DNA of 64,000 nt from Macrostomum lignano (lineage: Eukaryota), in NCBI GenBank assembly GCA_002269645.1, contig NIVC01001103.1, forward strand, positions 1 to 64,000, written 5' to 3'. A model generated the notes under the pieces. It made no database searches. It was given only the letters and a program-made list of their open reading frames with translations, and was not told where the DNA came from. This document shows, one piece after another, positions 16,699 through 30,419 of this stretch (position 1 is the stretch's first letter; every line of letters begins with the position of its first letter). Both the position numbers and the translations under genes were made by a program.

Positions 16699-17198
16699 TC
16701 AGTTGATTGATTCACTGCACGTGAGCTTCCGAGCTGGCAGGCGGCCGACCAGATAGTTGGCCAGCTGCTGCCTGGCGGCTCCGCTGTGCCCGGTGTCCTT
16801 GAATGCCTCCGTGCAGTCCGCGCCGGCGTTCTCTAGCAGCACTTCCGCTCCACCCGGGTGCTGTTGAGTTTTTTAATTCAAAGAAAATAATTTTAATCTT
16901 TGAGCTACTTAAGCTACTTTAAGTAGATTAAATGCGTAATGAGAAAATTTCCTAATTCAAAAGTCAAAGGAGATCTGCAAACCTGCTTGAGAAATTCGGT
17001 CACGTCGTACACCAGATTGTCGATCACTATCCAGCAGCTTTCGCTGTTGGCATGCCAACTGACCTGCTCGCGGCTGTAGACTGGCAGATCGTCTATCGCC
17101 GCAGTCTCCGCTGCCGATGCCACCGCCTCGGACGCGGAAGCGACACTGTTGGCCTTCTCCACAACTAGAATTGTAGAAACGCAATAGCAAGTCTCCAT
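16699..17198 (-). CDS. Cytochrome b5-like heme protein, 125 aa, 2 exons, no C-terminal membrane anchor
   Basis: Exons 17198-16983 and 16860-16699; YSREQV..H...SCWIVIDNLVYDVTEFLKQ|HPGGAEVLLENAGADCTEAFKDTGHS contains both heme-ligand His motifs. Confidence 0.9.
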
Positions 17199-18064
17199 GG
17201 ACGAATTGGGTTCGAATTTTACTGGGTTTGCTTCGGTAAAGTTTCCAGGCGTTTTCAATAGAAGACACGGGAGAGAATATATAAATGCGTTGGCGTATTT
17301 AAAGGGTCGCCTTTTGTCTGCTTTCGGACTGGATAAATCTGGCCAGCACAGAACAGCATGCGGCCAGACTGTGCCCCGCCTGCTGACTGGTTCGCAGACG
17401 GAATCTTCTGTCCTAGCCGGTTCGGCTCGTCTTATCGACTCCGCTGGGGCGGGACACGCCTACCGCGTATAAATAAGATCACGTGACCTGAAGGCCGCGC
17501 GCCCGCCACCCCAAACTAGGCATGTACACGCACATGTACGTGCAGGCGAGCCAGTTGGACAATATAACGAAATGGGACTACAGTTGAACAGCTTTTCCAA
17601 AGCACTAACAAAGGTCGACTCAATTACACCAAGGCGCTATTTAACAGCTGTCATTTTGATTGAATTCTCTCAATAATAATTATTTATACTACTAACTTTA
17701 TTACTGTATTTATTGAACTCCTGACAAAATAGAGTGGCATTGATAATCTCTGTACAAGCTAGTCATTAAACCACAAATACATTAAATATATGCATAAGCA
17801 AACAATGATTTGAAATGTGCAAAATGGTTAGGCGGACAAAAGTGAGCAGAAAAACTCGCTTTTATTTTAGCTATCTATACTACTCGAACATATTCTCTAA
17901 GGAAATGCAATGCGCTACATAGGTCACATTCTACTTTTTATAGCCTGGGGAAATAAATGATATTAAGCGGCCATTCCGGAATGCAGGTTGCCCCAATATT
18001 GACAAAAACGATCATAAATTACGTGTAAAAATGCTGAGATAACCTGCAAATTCTCCCAACTTAT

Positions 18065-18695
18065 CTGTCAGCAATATTACCAATCACCTGTCACTGATAT
18101 TACCAATCACCTGTCACTGATATTACCAATCACCTGTCACTGATATTACCAATCACCTGTCACTGATATTACCAATCACCTGTCACTGATATTACCAATC
18201 ACCTGTCACCAATATTACCAATCACCTGTCACCAATATTACCAATCACCTGTCACCAATATTACCAATCACTTGTCACTGATATTACCAATCACCTGTCA
18301 CTGATATTACCAATCACCTGTCACTGATATTACCAATCACCTGTCACTGATATTACCAATCACCTGTCACCAATATTACCAATCACCTGTCACTGATATT
18401 ACCAATCACCTGTCACTGATATTACCAATCACCTGTCACTGATATTACCAATCACCTGTCACTGATATTACCAATCACCTGTCACTGATATTACCAATCA
18501 CCTGTCACTAATATTACCAATCAACTGTCACTAATATTACCAATCACCTGTCACTGATATTACCAATCACCTGTCACTGATATTACCAATCACCTGTCAC
18601 CAATATTACCAATCACCTGTCACTAATATTACCAATCACCTGTCACTGATATTACCAATCACCTGTCACTGATATTACCAATCACCTGTCACTAA
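18065..18695. repeat. 23-bp minisatellite (CACCTGTCACTGATATTACCAAT)n
   Basis: Period 23 (18121 to 18144); lies between CHP1 and cytochrome b5. Confidence 0.93.
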
Positions 18696-19551
18696 CAGTC
18701 ACAGAATTTTGAGAGCATAAAGTGCAAAAAACCAATCGATAACAGAAGCAGCAAACATAGATAGGATTAGCATGCGTTATTAATAAAAAATAGAAAAAAG
18801 CTTTCCTTTAAACTGAGACTCTTGAAATATAACAGAAATATACATAAATAATATTAATGAGTAAACATTGGCGCATGTAAATTTGCTTCAGTTGCGAGTG
18901 AATGCTAAAAAAATACAACAAACTACAATTATGTGGGCAAGGCTGACAGGAGGACACGTGCATCTTACAAGAGCAGAAAATAATATGGAAAACATTTATA
19001 TTAGTCAGAGTATCAGATATACTTCGGGAGACAAAGACGGCACGGGGCTCGCGCGCAAATAAACTAATTCAGCTGCAAAGTGAATTAATCTACTTCTAGT
19101 AGTTAGAATAGCAATTAGTTACATTTTTTTAATCCCACAAGTAAATAAAAATCTAATCTGATCTTTAAGTTAAACGAAATAATTTGGAAGCCGATTTTTT
19201 TCTGTTTAAAAAACTGGTTTCGAACAAACGTTATAGTCCATTTTCGAAAATTGTGTTAAAATCGATCGGCCTTTACAAAAAAACCAGTTCTAAAATTAGC
19301 CTTCGAAAGCCCCGTTTTAAAAATCGGCCTTCAAAATCCTGTTTTACAATAGAGCTTTAAAACAATTTTTAAATGGGCTTCGAAAAAACAGTTTTAAACT
19401 CGGCCTTCAAAAACCAGTTTTTTTAAAAATCGATCTTTAAAAATCGTTTTCGACCTCGGCTTTTAAAAAGCATGAATAATTTTTAAAAAATCGGCCTCCA
19501 AATTTTCTCAACTGTTTGGATTAGTGATAAACTAAGCTACTAATCCGATAG

Positions 19552-21190
19552 TCAGCTCAGAAAGCAAATAGACAGCTGGTGGTCGGAAACATTTCGCATC
19601 GCGTGCTCAAACGCGGGAAAATCGATGGAATCGATCTTTCCACCTGACGGCATCTCGGCGACTCCGTTGGCGGCCGCGTAGTCCAGCGCGGCCTCGTGAA
19701 CAATCCGCCTGGCGATGGACAGCACCTGATCTGGCCGGCCGTGCCTGCCAAGCAGCTCCTCCAGCATCCGGTGCACCTCATCAACGCTGATCACGCCGTC
19801 CCGATCCAGATCGTACATGTCGAATAGGAATCGCAGTTTCGCTTCCCGACGATTAATTGAAGTTGGCCGGCCCTCGTCCACTGGCCGGAATGTGGCCAGA
19901 AACTTCACAAACTCTAGAAAGTTGATCTCGTTCCGATCGCGGAAGAATGCGTCAAGCAGGAACTGGCTGACCGGGTTCACGTACAGCTCCGGGATGCGCT
20001 CCAGGTCCTCGCGGCGCAGGCTGCCCTCGCTCTGCTTGTCCAGTGCGATGAAACGGCTGTAGAGACGCTGGAGCTGCTCTTTGCTTACTGCCGATGGCGG
20101 GGCGGGGAGTGGCGAGAGTGAGGTGGATTGTGATGTGGAATGGGAGGTGGAGTGTGGGGTGGAGTGTAGGGTGGAGTGTGAGATGGAGTGTGAGGTGGAG
20201 TGTGAGGTGGAGTGAGGTGGAGTGAGGTAAAGTGAGGTGGAGTGAGGTGGAGTGAGGTGGAGTGAGGTGGAGTGAGGTAAAGTGAGGTGGAGTGAGGTGG
20301 AGTGAGGTGGAGTGAGGTAAAGTGAGGTGGAGTGAGGTGGAGTGGGGTGGAGTGAGGTGGAGTGAGGTAAAGTGAGGTGGAGTGAGGTTGAGTGAGGTGG
20401 AGTGAGGTAAAGTGAGGTAAAGTGAGGTGGAGTGAGGTGGAGTGAGGTGGAGTGAGGTGGAGTGAGGTGGAGTGAGGTAAAGTGAGGTGGAGTGAGGTGG
20501 AGTGAGGTAAAGTGAGGTAAAGTGAGGTGGAGTGAGGTGAAGTGAGGTGGAGTGAGGTGGAGTGAGGTGAAGTGTAGGGTAGAGTGTGAGGTGGAGAGTA
20601 AGGTCGAGTGTGAGGTGGAGAGTAGGATGGAGTGTACGGTGGTGTGAAATGGAGCAGGAGGTAGTGTCAGTACCAGGTAGTGTCAGAGTGTCAGGTAGAG
20701 TGTCAGGTAGTGTCAGAGTGTCAGGTAGAGCGTCAGGTAGTGTCAGTTAGAGTATCAGAGTGTCAGGTAGAGTGTCAGGTAGTGTCAGTTGGAGTGTCAG
20801 GTAGAGTGTCAGAGTGTCAGGTAGAGTGTCAGGTAGTGTCAGTTGGAGTGTCAGGTAGAGTGTCAGAGTGTCAGGTAGAGTGTCAGGTAGTGTTAGTTAG
20901 AGTATCAGAGTGTCAGGTAGAGTGTCAGGTAGAGTGTCAGGTAGTGTCAGAGTGTCAGGTAGAGTGCCAGGTAGTACCAGAAAGAGTGTCAGGTAGTACC
21001 AGGTAGGTGTCAGGTAGTCAGGTAAAGTGTCAGTTAGTGTCAGGTAGAGGGTCAGGTAGACTACCAGGTAGTGCTCAAGGTAAAGATAAAATTGCACAGA
21101 AAGGCCGCATAAGCACAACTCACAGCCGGTCTCCTCTTGTATATCCTTGATCTGGTTCTCATCCGGAATAAGAGACGACACGGAGCCCAT
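19552..21190 (-). CDS. CHP1: Calcineurin B homologous protein (EF-hand, N-myristoylation MG start), 200 aa, 2 exons
   Basis: Exons 21190-21124 and 20087-19552; MGS...IQEETG|LSKEQLQRLYSRF..LD...IPEL.VNP...KLRFLFDMYDLDRDGVIS. Confidence 0.85.
20110..21075. repeat. Two adjacent simple repeats in the CHP1 intron: (GTGGAGTGAG)n and degenerate GTGTCAGGTAGA-type
   Basis: 10-bp array at ~20110-20640; 9-12-bp TGTCAG-based array at ~20660-21075. Confidence 0.88.
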
Positions 21191-22009
21191 TGGAGACGGT
21201 CAGGCGAGCAGAAATGATAAATATGAATATGAATAGCATGGATTTTGCAGAGGAATCTATTGAGTACAAAGCCTTAGTAAAACTGTTTATAAAGCTATTA
21301 GAAATGAGTCAATTTCAACACGGAGAATCTGTGCAACATAAAAAAGCGGAATCTAGTCTTCGATTTTGTCAATCAAAAATATTTATTAAATTAAAAAAAA
21401 ATTGAAAACAACAAGACTGAAAACCTGTCTGAGCAGCATCGTACTCGTACCTATTTAAGATAATTATGAAACTCCATGAGAAATAAAAAAACTTAACTGA
21501 TAAAAAATGACAGGAAGATAATCACACATTCTTAATACTACAAGTAGTGCGTGTAAAATAGAGAGCTATTAGGTGTTAGGCAAGCAAAAGCGGAGCCACA
21601 AAAATCCAAACAGATTGCATTAAAATTTTCCTTCATAGCAGCATAGTCGTGAAAAAGGTGCCATGAGGGTGCACCCTGTTCAATAACAACATTAGAATAG
21701 ACAACAGTCCGTGAAATACACTCACCAATATTTACTACTGACAGCAACAACTTGAGTATATAAATCACTAATAGAGAATAAAACTATTATTAAGCAACTC
21801 GAAACTAAGATGACAGAATTGCCAAAAAAACTATAAAGCGTACCAGAACAATGAGAAAGAATGAGTAGGTTTCGTTGTTAGAATCACAGAATTTGACTTG
21901 TGAAACCAGGGGATTGATCTGTCAGACTTGACGATATCTTGTGTAGAATTATGTAATTTATTGACTGAGTAAATCTGTAAATCATGTGGCGGACTGCGGA
22001 CCAAACAGA

Positions 22010-22370
22010 GGAGGCCAAAAGAGGAGAGTTGACAAGTCGGAAGAAGAGACGAGGAGAGATGAAAGCAGGGGAGGTGGAGAGAGAGAAGATGAGATAAAGG
22101 GAGAGAGAAGAAACGAAGGGAGAGAGAGGAGATAAATGGAGAGGGAGAAGAGGGGCTGAAAGGAGAAAGAGGAGATGAAGGGAGTGGAGGAGATGAAGGG
22201 AGTGGAGGAGATGAAGGGAGTGGAGGAGATGAAGGGAGAAGAGATGAGGGAAGGGGAAGAGATGAAGGGAGTAGAGAAGATGTAGGGAGTGGAGGAGATG
22301 AAGGGAGTAAGGGAGTAGAGGAGACGAAGGGAGGGGAGGAGATGAGGGGAAGGGAGATGAAGAAGTGTAA
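22010..22370. repeat. GA-rich low-complexity tract (GGAGGAGATGAAGGGAGT-like)
   Basis: Almost purely purine on the + strand; a few 18-bp tandem copies. Confidence 0.75.
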
Positions 22371-22472
22371 AAGCTTGGGTGCAGACAAGAATCCCATCCG
22401 AAATAACAGGCAACAACAAGATGCAGAAAGCGGGCAAGCCACGGCGGATAAGCTAATTGCTATGCATCGCCG

Positions 22473-25400
22473 CTAGCTTCTCTGTCCGACGCCGCCTCCA
22501 CCATTGTCGTCGTTGATCGCATCCCTGGAGTCGTTCTCGCCGGCGTCTTCATCAGCAGGGGGAGCGGCGGCGGGCCCAGCCGGGCAGGCCAGCAGCTGGC
22601 AGGGGTGCAGAGCGGCCAGGCCAGCCAGGGCGGCGCCCACAGCATAGGCGGGCCGGTGATCGTCCAGCCTGAGAGACAGGCGCAGCAGGGGATACTGCAG
22701 CCAGGCAAATCCGGCCCCGGACAGGCTCACTAATCCGTACAGCCGGCCGAACTGTCCGGCCGGGAATGCGTCCAACAGTAGGCAGGGGAGCAGGGCGAAT
22801 AGCAGAGAACGGTAGGCAACTAGTAAGGCGAATTGCGGAACCAGAGGCAGCGGCGGCGAGGCCAGGCCGAGGCAGCAGACGGCGCAGCCGGTGCCGCACT
22901 GGGCAAGCAGCGGCCAGGCCAGGCTCCGGGGCGCCGGCCGCGGTCCGAGACGGCGAGCCGCCCGCAGGCCGAGGGCGACGGCGAATGCGGCTGGCAAGCC
23001 GGCGAACATGAGCGCGCCGAGCAGGCTGAGCTGCCTGACATTGGGGGCGGGGAAAGGAAATAATAATAATTACTAAATCAACTCTCATTTAACAGCATTC
23101 ATCTGTCACTCCTCAGTTAACAGCATTCATCTGTCACTCCTCATTTAACAGCATTCATCTGTCACTCCTCATTTAACAGCATTCATCTGTCACTCCTCAG
23201 TTAACAGCATTCATCTTGATCTATCACTCCCCAGTTAACAGTATTCATCTTGATCTATCACTCCTCAGTAAACAGCATTCATCTATCACTCCTCAGTAAA
23301 CAGCATTCATCTATCACTCCTCAGTTAACAGCATTCATCTGTCACTCCTCAGTTAACAGCATTCATCTGTCACTCCTCAGTTAACAGCATTCATCTGTCA
23401 CTCCTCAGTTAACAGCATTCATCTGTCACTCCTCAGTTAACAGCATTCATCTGTCACTCCTCAGTTAACAGCATTCATCTATCACTCCTCAGTTAACAGC
23501 ATTCATCTGTCACTCCTCAGTTAACAGCATTCATCTATCACTCCTCAGTTAACAGCATTCATCTGTCACTCCTCAGTTAACAGTATTAATCTTGATCTAT
23601 CACTCCTCAGTTAACAGCATTAATCTGTCACTCCTCAGTTAACAGCATTCATCTTGATCTATCACTCCTCAGTTAACAGCATTCATCTTGATCTATCACT
23701 CCTCAGTTAACAGTATTCATCTTGATCTATCACTCCTCAGTTAACAGCATTCATCTTGATCTATCACTCCTCAGTTAACAGCATTCATCTTGATCTATCA
23801 CTCCTCAGTTAACAGTATTCATCTTGATCTATCACTCCTCAGTTAACAGTATTCATCTTGATCTATCACTCCTCAGTTAACAGCATTAATCTTGATCTAT
23901 CACTCCTCAGTTAACAGTATTCATCTTGATCTATCACTCCTCAGTTAACAGCATTAATCTTGATCTATCACTCCTCAGTTAACAGCATTAATCTGTCACT
24001 CCTCAGTTAACAGTATTCATCTTGATCTATCACTCCTCAGTTAACAGCATTAATCTTGATCTATCACTCCTCAGTTAACAGCATTAATCTTGATCTATCA
24101 CTCCTCAGTTAACAGTATTCATCTTGATCTATCACTCCTCAGTTAACAGCATTAATCTTGATCTATCACTCCTCAGTTAACAGTATTCATCTTGATCTAT
24201 CACTCCTCAGTTAACAGCATTAATCTTGATCTATCACTCCTCAGTTAACAGCATTCATCTTGATCTATCACTCCTCAGTTAACAGCATTCATCTTGATCT
24301 ATCACTCCTCAGTTAACAGCATTCATCTTGATCTATCACTCCTCAGTTAACAGTATTCATCTTGATCTATCACTCCTCAGTTAACAGCATTCATCTTGAT
24401 CTATCACTCCTCAGTTAACAGTATTCATCTTGATCTATCACTCCTCAGTTAACAGTATTCATCTTGATCTATCACTCCTCAGTTAACAGTATTCATCTTG
24501 ATCTATCACTCCTCAGTTAACAGCATTAATCTTGATCTATCACTCCTCAGTTAACAGTATTCATCTTGATCTATCACTCCTCAGTTAACAGAATTAATCT
24601 TGATCTATCACTCCTCAGTTAACAGCATTAATCTGTCACTCCTCAGTTAACAGTATTCATCTTGATCTATCACTCCTCAGTTAACAGCATTAATCTTGAT
24701 CTATCACTCCTCAGTTAACAGTATTCATCTTGATCTATCACTCCTCAGTTAACAGCATTCATCTTGATCTATCACTCCTCAGTTAACAGCATTAATCTTG
24801 ATCTATCACTCCTCAGTTAACAGTATTCATCTTGATCTATCACTCCCCATTTAACAGTATTCATCTTGATCTATCACTCCTCAGTTAACAGCATTAATCT
24901 TGATCTATCACTCCTCAGTTAACAGTATTCATCTTGATCTATCACTCCTCAGTTAACAGCATTCATCTTGATCTATCACTCCTCAGTTAACAGCATTAAT
25001 CTTGATCTATCACTCCTCAGTTAACAGTATTCATCTTGATCTATCACTCCCCATTTAACAGTATTCATCTTGATCTATCACTCCTCAGTTAACAGCATTA
25101 ATCTTGATCTATCACTCCTCAGTTAACAGTATTCATCTTGATCTATCACTCCTCAGTTAACAGCATTAATCTTGATCTATCACTCCTCAGTTAACAGCAT
25201 TAATCTTGATCTATCACTCCTCAGTTAACAGTATTCATCTTGATCTATCACTCCTCAGTTAACAGCATTAATCTTGATCTATCACTCCTCAGTTAACAGT
25301 ATTCATCTTGATCTATCACTCCTCAGTTAACAGCATTCATCTTGATCTATCACTCCTCAGTTAACAGCATTCATCTTGATCTATCACTCCTCAGTTAACA

Positions 25401-27686
25401 GCATTCATCTTGATCTATCACTCCTCAGTTAACAGCATTCATCTTGATTTATCACTCCTCAGTTAACAGTATTCATCTTGATCTATCACTCCTCAGTTAA
25501 CAGTATTCATCTTGATCTATCACTCCTCAGTTAACAGTATTCATCTTGATCTATCACTCCTCAGTTAACAGCATTCATCTTGATCTATCACTCCTCAGTT
25601 AACAGTATTCATCTTGATCTATCACTCCTCAGTTAACAGTATTCATCTTGATCTATCACTCCTCAGTTAACAGCATTCATCTTGATCTATCACTCCTCAG
25701 TTAACAGCATTCATCTTGATCTATCACTCCTCAGTTAACAGTATTCATCTTGATCTATCACTCCTCAGTTAACAGTATTCATCTTGATCTATCACTCCTC
25801 AGTTAACAGCATTCATCTTGATCTATCACTCCCCAGTTAACAGTATTCATCTTGATCTATCACTCCTCAGTTAACAGCATTCATCTTGATCTATCACTCC
25901 TCAGTTAACAGCATTCATCTTGATCTATCACTCCCCAGTTAACAGTATTCATCTTGATCTATCACTCCTCAGTTAACAGTATTCATCTTGATCTATCACT
26001 CCTCAGTTAACAGTATTCATCTTGATCTATCACTCCTCAGTTAACAGTATTCATCTTGATCTATCACTCCTCAGTTAACAGCATTCATCTTGATCTATCA
26101 CTCCTCAGTTAACAGTATTCATCTTGATCTATCACTCCTCAGTTAACAGTATTCATCTTGATCTATCACTCCTCAGTTAACAGCATTCATCTTGATCTAT
26201 CACTCCCCAGTTAACAGTATTCATCTTGATCTATCACTCCTCAGTTAACAGTATTCATCTTGATCTATCACTCCTCAGTTAACAGTATTCATCTTGATCT
26301 ATCACTCCCTAGTTAACAGTATTCATCTTGATCTATCACTCCTCAGTTAACAGTATTCATCTTGATCTATCACTCCCCAGTTAACAGTATTCATCTTGAT
26401 CTATCACTCCCCAGTTAACAGCATTCATCTTGATCTATCACTCCTCAGTTAACAGTATTCATCTTGATCTATCACTCCCCAGTTAACAGCATTCATCTTG
26501 ATCTATCACTCCTCAGTTAACAGCATTCATCTTGATCTATCACTCCTCAGTTAACAGCATTCATCTTGATCTATCACTCCTCAGTTAACAGTATTCATCT
26601 TGATCTATCACTCCTCAGTTAACAGTATTCATCTTGATCTATCACTCCTCAGTTAACAGCAATGGGAAAATTCCCTCAGCAATTTTATCCTTTCTTCCTT
26701 CTTAGCAAGCAGTTTTCTTAGAAAGTTTCCCAGGCTGACAACCTTCATTCTCAAACGCACCTGTAAGCTTCTCCAGGCACCCCGTTAGCAGCCAACTGAG
26801 CCAGCAGCGGAGCGTGCGACAGGCACAGCAAAAACACCAACAGGGAGGCCATTGCCCAGGCCAGATGGCTGATGTACAGCCGACTGCAAAGGGTCATAGC
26901 CAGAGTCGGTTCACTGGAGAAGCCAGCTGAAGCGGCAGTAGAGTTGCAGCCACCAGCCGCTGTCCGGGGCGGCCTGGGATCGAGCCTGGCTAACAGGCCA
27001 GTCAGACAGAGGCTTATTATTGCAACAGCAGCGCCCAGACTGACAAAGGCGGCGGCTCGATAGCGGCTGGACTGTGCCGGACCGCCTGCGGCCAGGCACA
27101 GATTCAGCACCAGAGTTGGCACAAGGGCGCTGGAATCGAACGCGCCAGACACTGAGCACACTAATAAGCTGGAGCCGCGGCGCATCAAGCCGCCGATGGA
27201 TAGACAGGTTACCATGGAGACGGCGCTGGAGACACCCCAGAGGATGGCGCCGGCGTAGAGAGCGGCGTTGCCGGCTGGCGACGGAGCGGCCAGGCCGAAG
27301 CAGAGGCAGCAGGCCAGGGCGGCCGCGGCGCCAGCCAGGCGGCAGGGCAGGCGGCCCAGCCGGTCCAGCAGGAGGCCGGCAACAAAGCAGGCCACCATGT
27401 GGACGCCAACACCGATCGAGTGCACCAGAGCGAATCTGGCCTCGCCTTCGGCCGGGCAAGCCGCCTCTGCTTCAACCGTCTGCACAGCCGCCACAACCGC
27501 ATCGCTGACTGTGGCGTTGCAGCCAAAAAAGCCTTCGCGTTGTAGAATAGCCTGCCAGCTGGGCAAATTGACAAAGAAGCCGCTATAGATGAGAGTCTCG
27601 CCGACTGCTAAACTGGCGCATAGGATGGCAGCGCCAGGCTTCAGCTGGTACTGCTGCTGCTGCTGTTGATGATGCCGTTGTCTCAC
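22473..27686 (-). CDS. SLC43-family (LAT3/LAT4/SLC43A3-like) MFS transporter, 2 exons, about 495 aa, no encoded ATG
   Basis: Exons 27686-26761 and 23034-22473 (phase 2 join). Motifs: ETLIYSGFFVNLPSW..IL.REGFF, GLLLDRLG, SGAFDSSALV, FPAGQFGRLYGL; many hydrophobic segments. Frame starts GTG directly after TTGCAG. Confidence 0.8.
23085..26660. repeat. 34-bp minisatellite (TTAACAGCATTCATCTTGATCTATCACTCCTCAG)n with a 28-bp variant, SLC43 intron
   Basis: About 3.6 kb array occupying about 95% of the intron; 28-bp units dominate the low-coordinate end. Confidence 0.95.
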
Positions 27687-29019
27687 CTGCAATCAGATAC
27701 GTGTTATAAAGATTTACAATAAAAACGATAGTTACCCTACTTATAGTAGCTTTTTGCAGTCAGGTAGGGTTTTACGACAAAAACGCTGTTTACCCTACTT
27801 ACAGTGGTTTTCGACAATCTGCTAAGGTTTTACACTAAAATACGCTATTTACCCTACTTATAGTAGATTTTCAACAATTCAAAAAGCGCTACTTATTTCA
27901 CAAATTATATAAAATTTAACACTAAAACGTTTCCTTTTCCTATAACATGTTTCTCTTGGCAAATCTACGGGAAAAGTTATCCTTACATGCAATAACTAAT
28001 ACAATAGCAAAAAACGCTATATAACCTACTTGCAGTAGATTTCGTCAACTAAATAAACTAAGCCATTTTAACACTGTTATTTTCTTATCCAAATTTGAAA
28101 ATTATCTAAGTTAGGCCTCGGATTTCTGTGCGCCAATTCGACTAACAGGTTTTGGGGCGAGGTAGGAATAACAGACAGGTGCCAGTTTAGAGACTGTTAT
28201 CGAGGAGACCGCCTCAACCTATGTAATAAGGCTATGCTCTCAAATGCAGTCAAATCATAGTAGATTTCTCACTGGCATGACGAACAGATCTCTAGAGAAA
28301 TTTCAGACTTAGCCTCGCCCTAAAAATGTCTGCTATTAAAAAATAAGCTTGCATCACAAAGCAAATAAAAAAGACTTGACAAATCTGCTGGCAAAACTTA
28401 ATCAAACAATTTGTACGTGTCAATACAATATGCGCTTATAATTAGATAAAAAGAAACCAGCCAAGATGCAAGACATTTGCAAATAGAAATCAACAAAGTA
28501 GTTAAATAGATTAATATAAAAATTATTATAAACAAGAATAGCAGACGGCACAGCTATTAGTCCGCGTTGCAGCGGCAAATGTGGATGAATTTCATTGGAA
28601 AAAATCACAGTTAAAAATGGCTCAATTAAACTTAATAAACACCATTAGATATGACTCTTTCATATCTTTTGAACTACTCAAAATTTAAAATATATACTAT
28701 AATAAAATGTTACAGAAAAAACTGTAGAAGGAACTACAGATCAACAGATTTGTTGTACATTAAATCCCATAATTTAATTCAACTTGCATGCCTAAAACAG
28801 TACAGGCTATAATAGAAGCAAACAGTAAAACTTTACTAAACTCGTATTGGCCTCTGCAATGCTAAGAAGGGAATGTAAGTTTAAAGCAGCGACACCTGTC
28901 TAATATGGAGAAAAATCTGTTTTATCAATAGCGAAAGCATGCAACCATAGCTAGTTGAGTAGGGAATGTCTAACTAGAAATACTGACAGTAAGTACTTGC
29001 ATTAGGCTTATATGGACTG

Positions 29020-29900
29020 GCGCCACAATCACACAGAACTCATCCTGTGAACTAGCGCCACAATCATACAGGTCTCATTCTGTGAACTGGCGCATTAATC
29101 ACACAGGCCTCATTCTGTGAACTGGCGCATTAATCACACAGGTCTCATTCTGTGAACTAGCGCCACAATCACACAGGTCTCATTATGTGAACTAGCGCCA
29201 CAATCACACAGGTCTCATTCTGTGAACTGGCGCATTAATCACACAGGCCTCATTCTGTGAACTGGCGCATTAATCACACAGGTCTCATTCTGTGAACTAG
29301 CGCCACAATCACACAGGCCTCATTCTGTGAACTAGCGCCACAATCACACAGGCCTCATTCTGTGAACTAGCGCCACAATCACACAGGTCTCATTCTGTGA
29401 ACTGGCGCATTAATCACACAGGCCTCATTCTGTGAACTGGCGCATTAATCACACAGGCCTCATTCTGTGAACTGGCGCATTAATCACACAGGTCTCATTC
29501 TGTGAACTAGCGCCACAATCACACAGGTCTCATTATGTGAACTAGCGCCACAATCACACAGGTCTCATTCTGTGAACTGGCGCATTAATCACACAGGCCT
29601 CATCCTGTGAATTAGCGCAATAATCACACAGGTCTCATTCTGTGAACTAGCGCCACAATCACACAGGTCTCATTCTGTGAACTGGCGCATTTATCACACA
29701 GGCCTCATCCTGTGAATTAGTGCAATAATCACACAGGTCTCATTCTGTGAACTAGCGCCACAATCACACAGGTCTCATTATGTGAACTAGCGCCACAATC
29801 ACACAGGTCTTATTATGTGAACTAGCGCCACAATCACACAGGTCTCATTCTGTGAACTGGCGCATTAATCACACAGGTCTCATACTGTGAAGTGGCGCTA
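29020..29900. repeat. 35-bp minisatellite (GCGCCACAATCACACAGGTCTCATTCTGTGAACTA)n
   Basis: Period 35 (29161 to 29196); two interleaved variants. Confidence 0.93.
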
Positions 29901-30419
29901 TAACCAATTATCTTTGAATATATGAAGCCTCAATATAAGCTAGAACTGAAAAATCTAATCGATAACAGGTGAAAATTGAAGACTGACACACCGATTGAGC
30001 ATTTAAACAATGTCAGAATAATTATAGTAATACACGAATAATAATAAAATGCAGATGACATTAAGAACAGTGCGTCTATGCAAAGCCGGAACACAAAGCG
30101 ACCAACAGGAAGCCAGTATATGCAGTGCAAATATGCAAAAGGATTTTAAGTTAGTTGAAAAATTAAATGGTTGATTATCTAGTTGAAAAGAAGAAATTCA
30201 CAGCCTAATCTCAACAATAATCATAACTTATGCTTATCTATTTCTACCAATAGTACATAAAATATTATTAATTATATGATAATCATTACAACACAGCCTG
30301 GAATAGTTGGCACAATTTCTGATACACCTCGCACACTAGTACTGTATATTCACGTATTCACTCTCAGTAAGGCACTGCTGGTTTAGAGTGAGCCTGTCAC
30401 ATCCAGAGACAGTGTCAAT

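Noticed and set aside
19190-19500. Degenerate AAAATCGGCCTTC-type repeats (also ~65-bp repeats at 27720-28040) as transposon ends
   Set aside because: No TIR pair or TSD could be identified; probably old decayed satellites.
23085-26660. Long regular arrays (also 35205-42180, 60520-61262) as CRISPR arrays
   Set aside because: Units are head-to-tail with no unique spacers, lie in or next to eukaryotic genes, and no cas genes are present.
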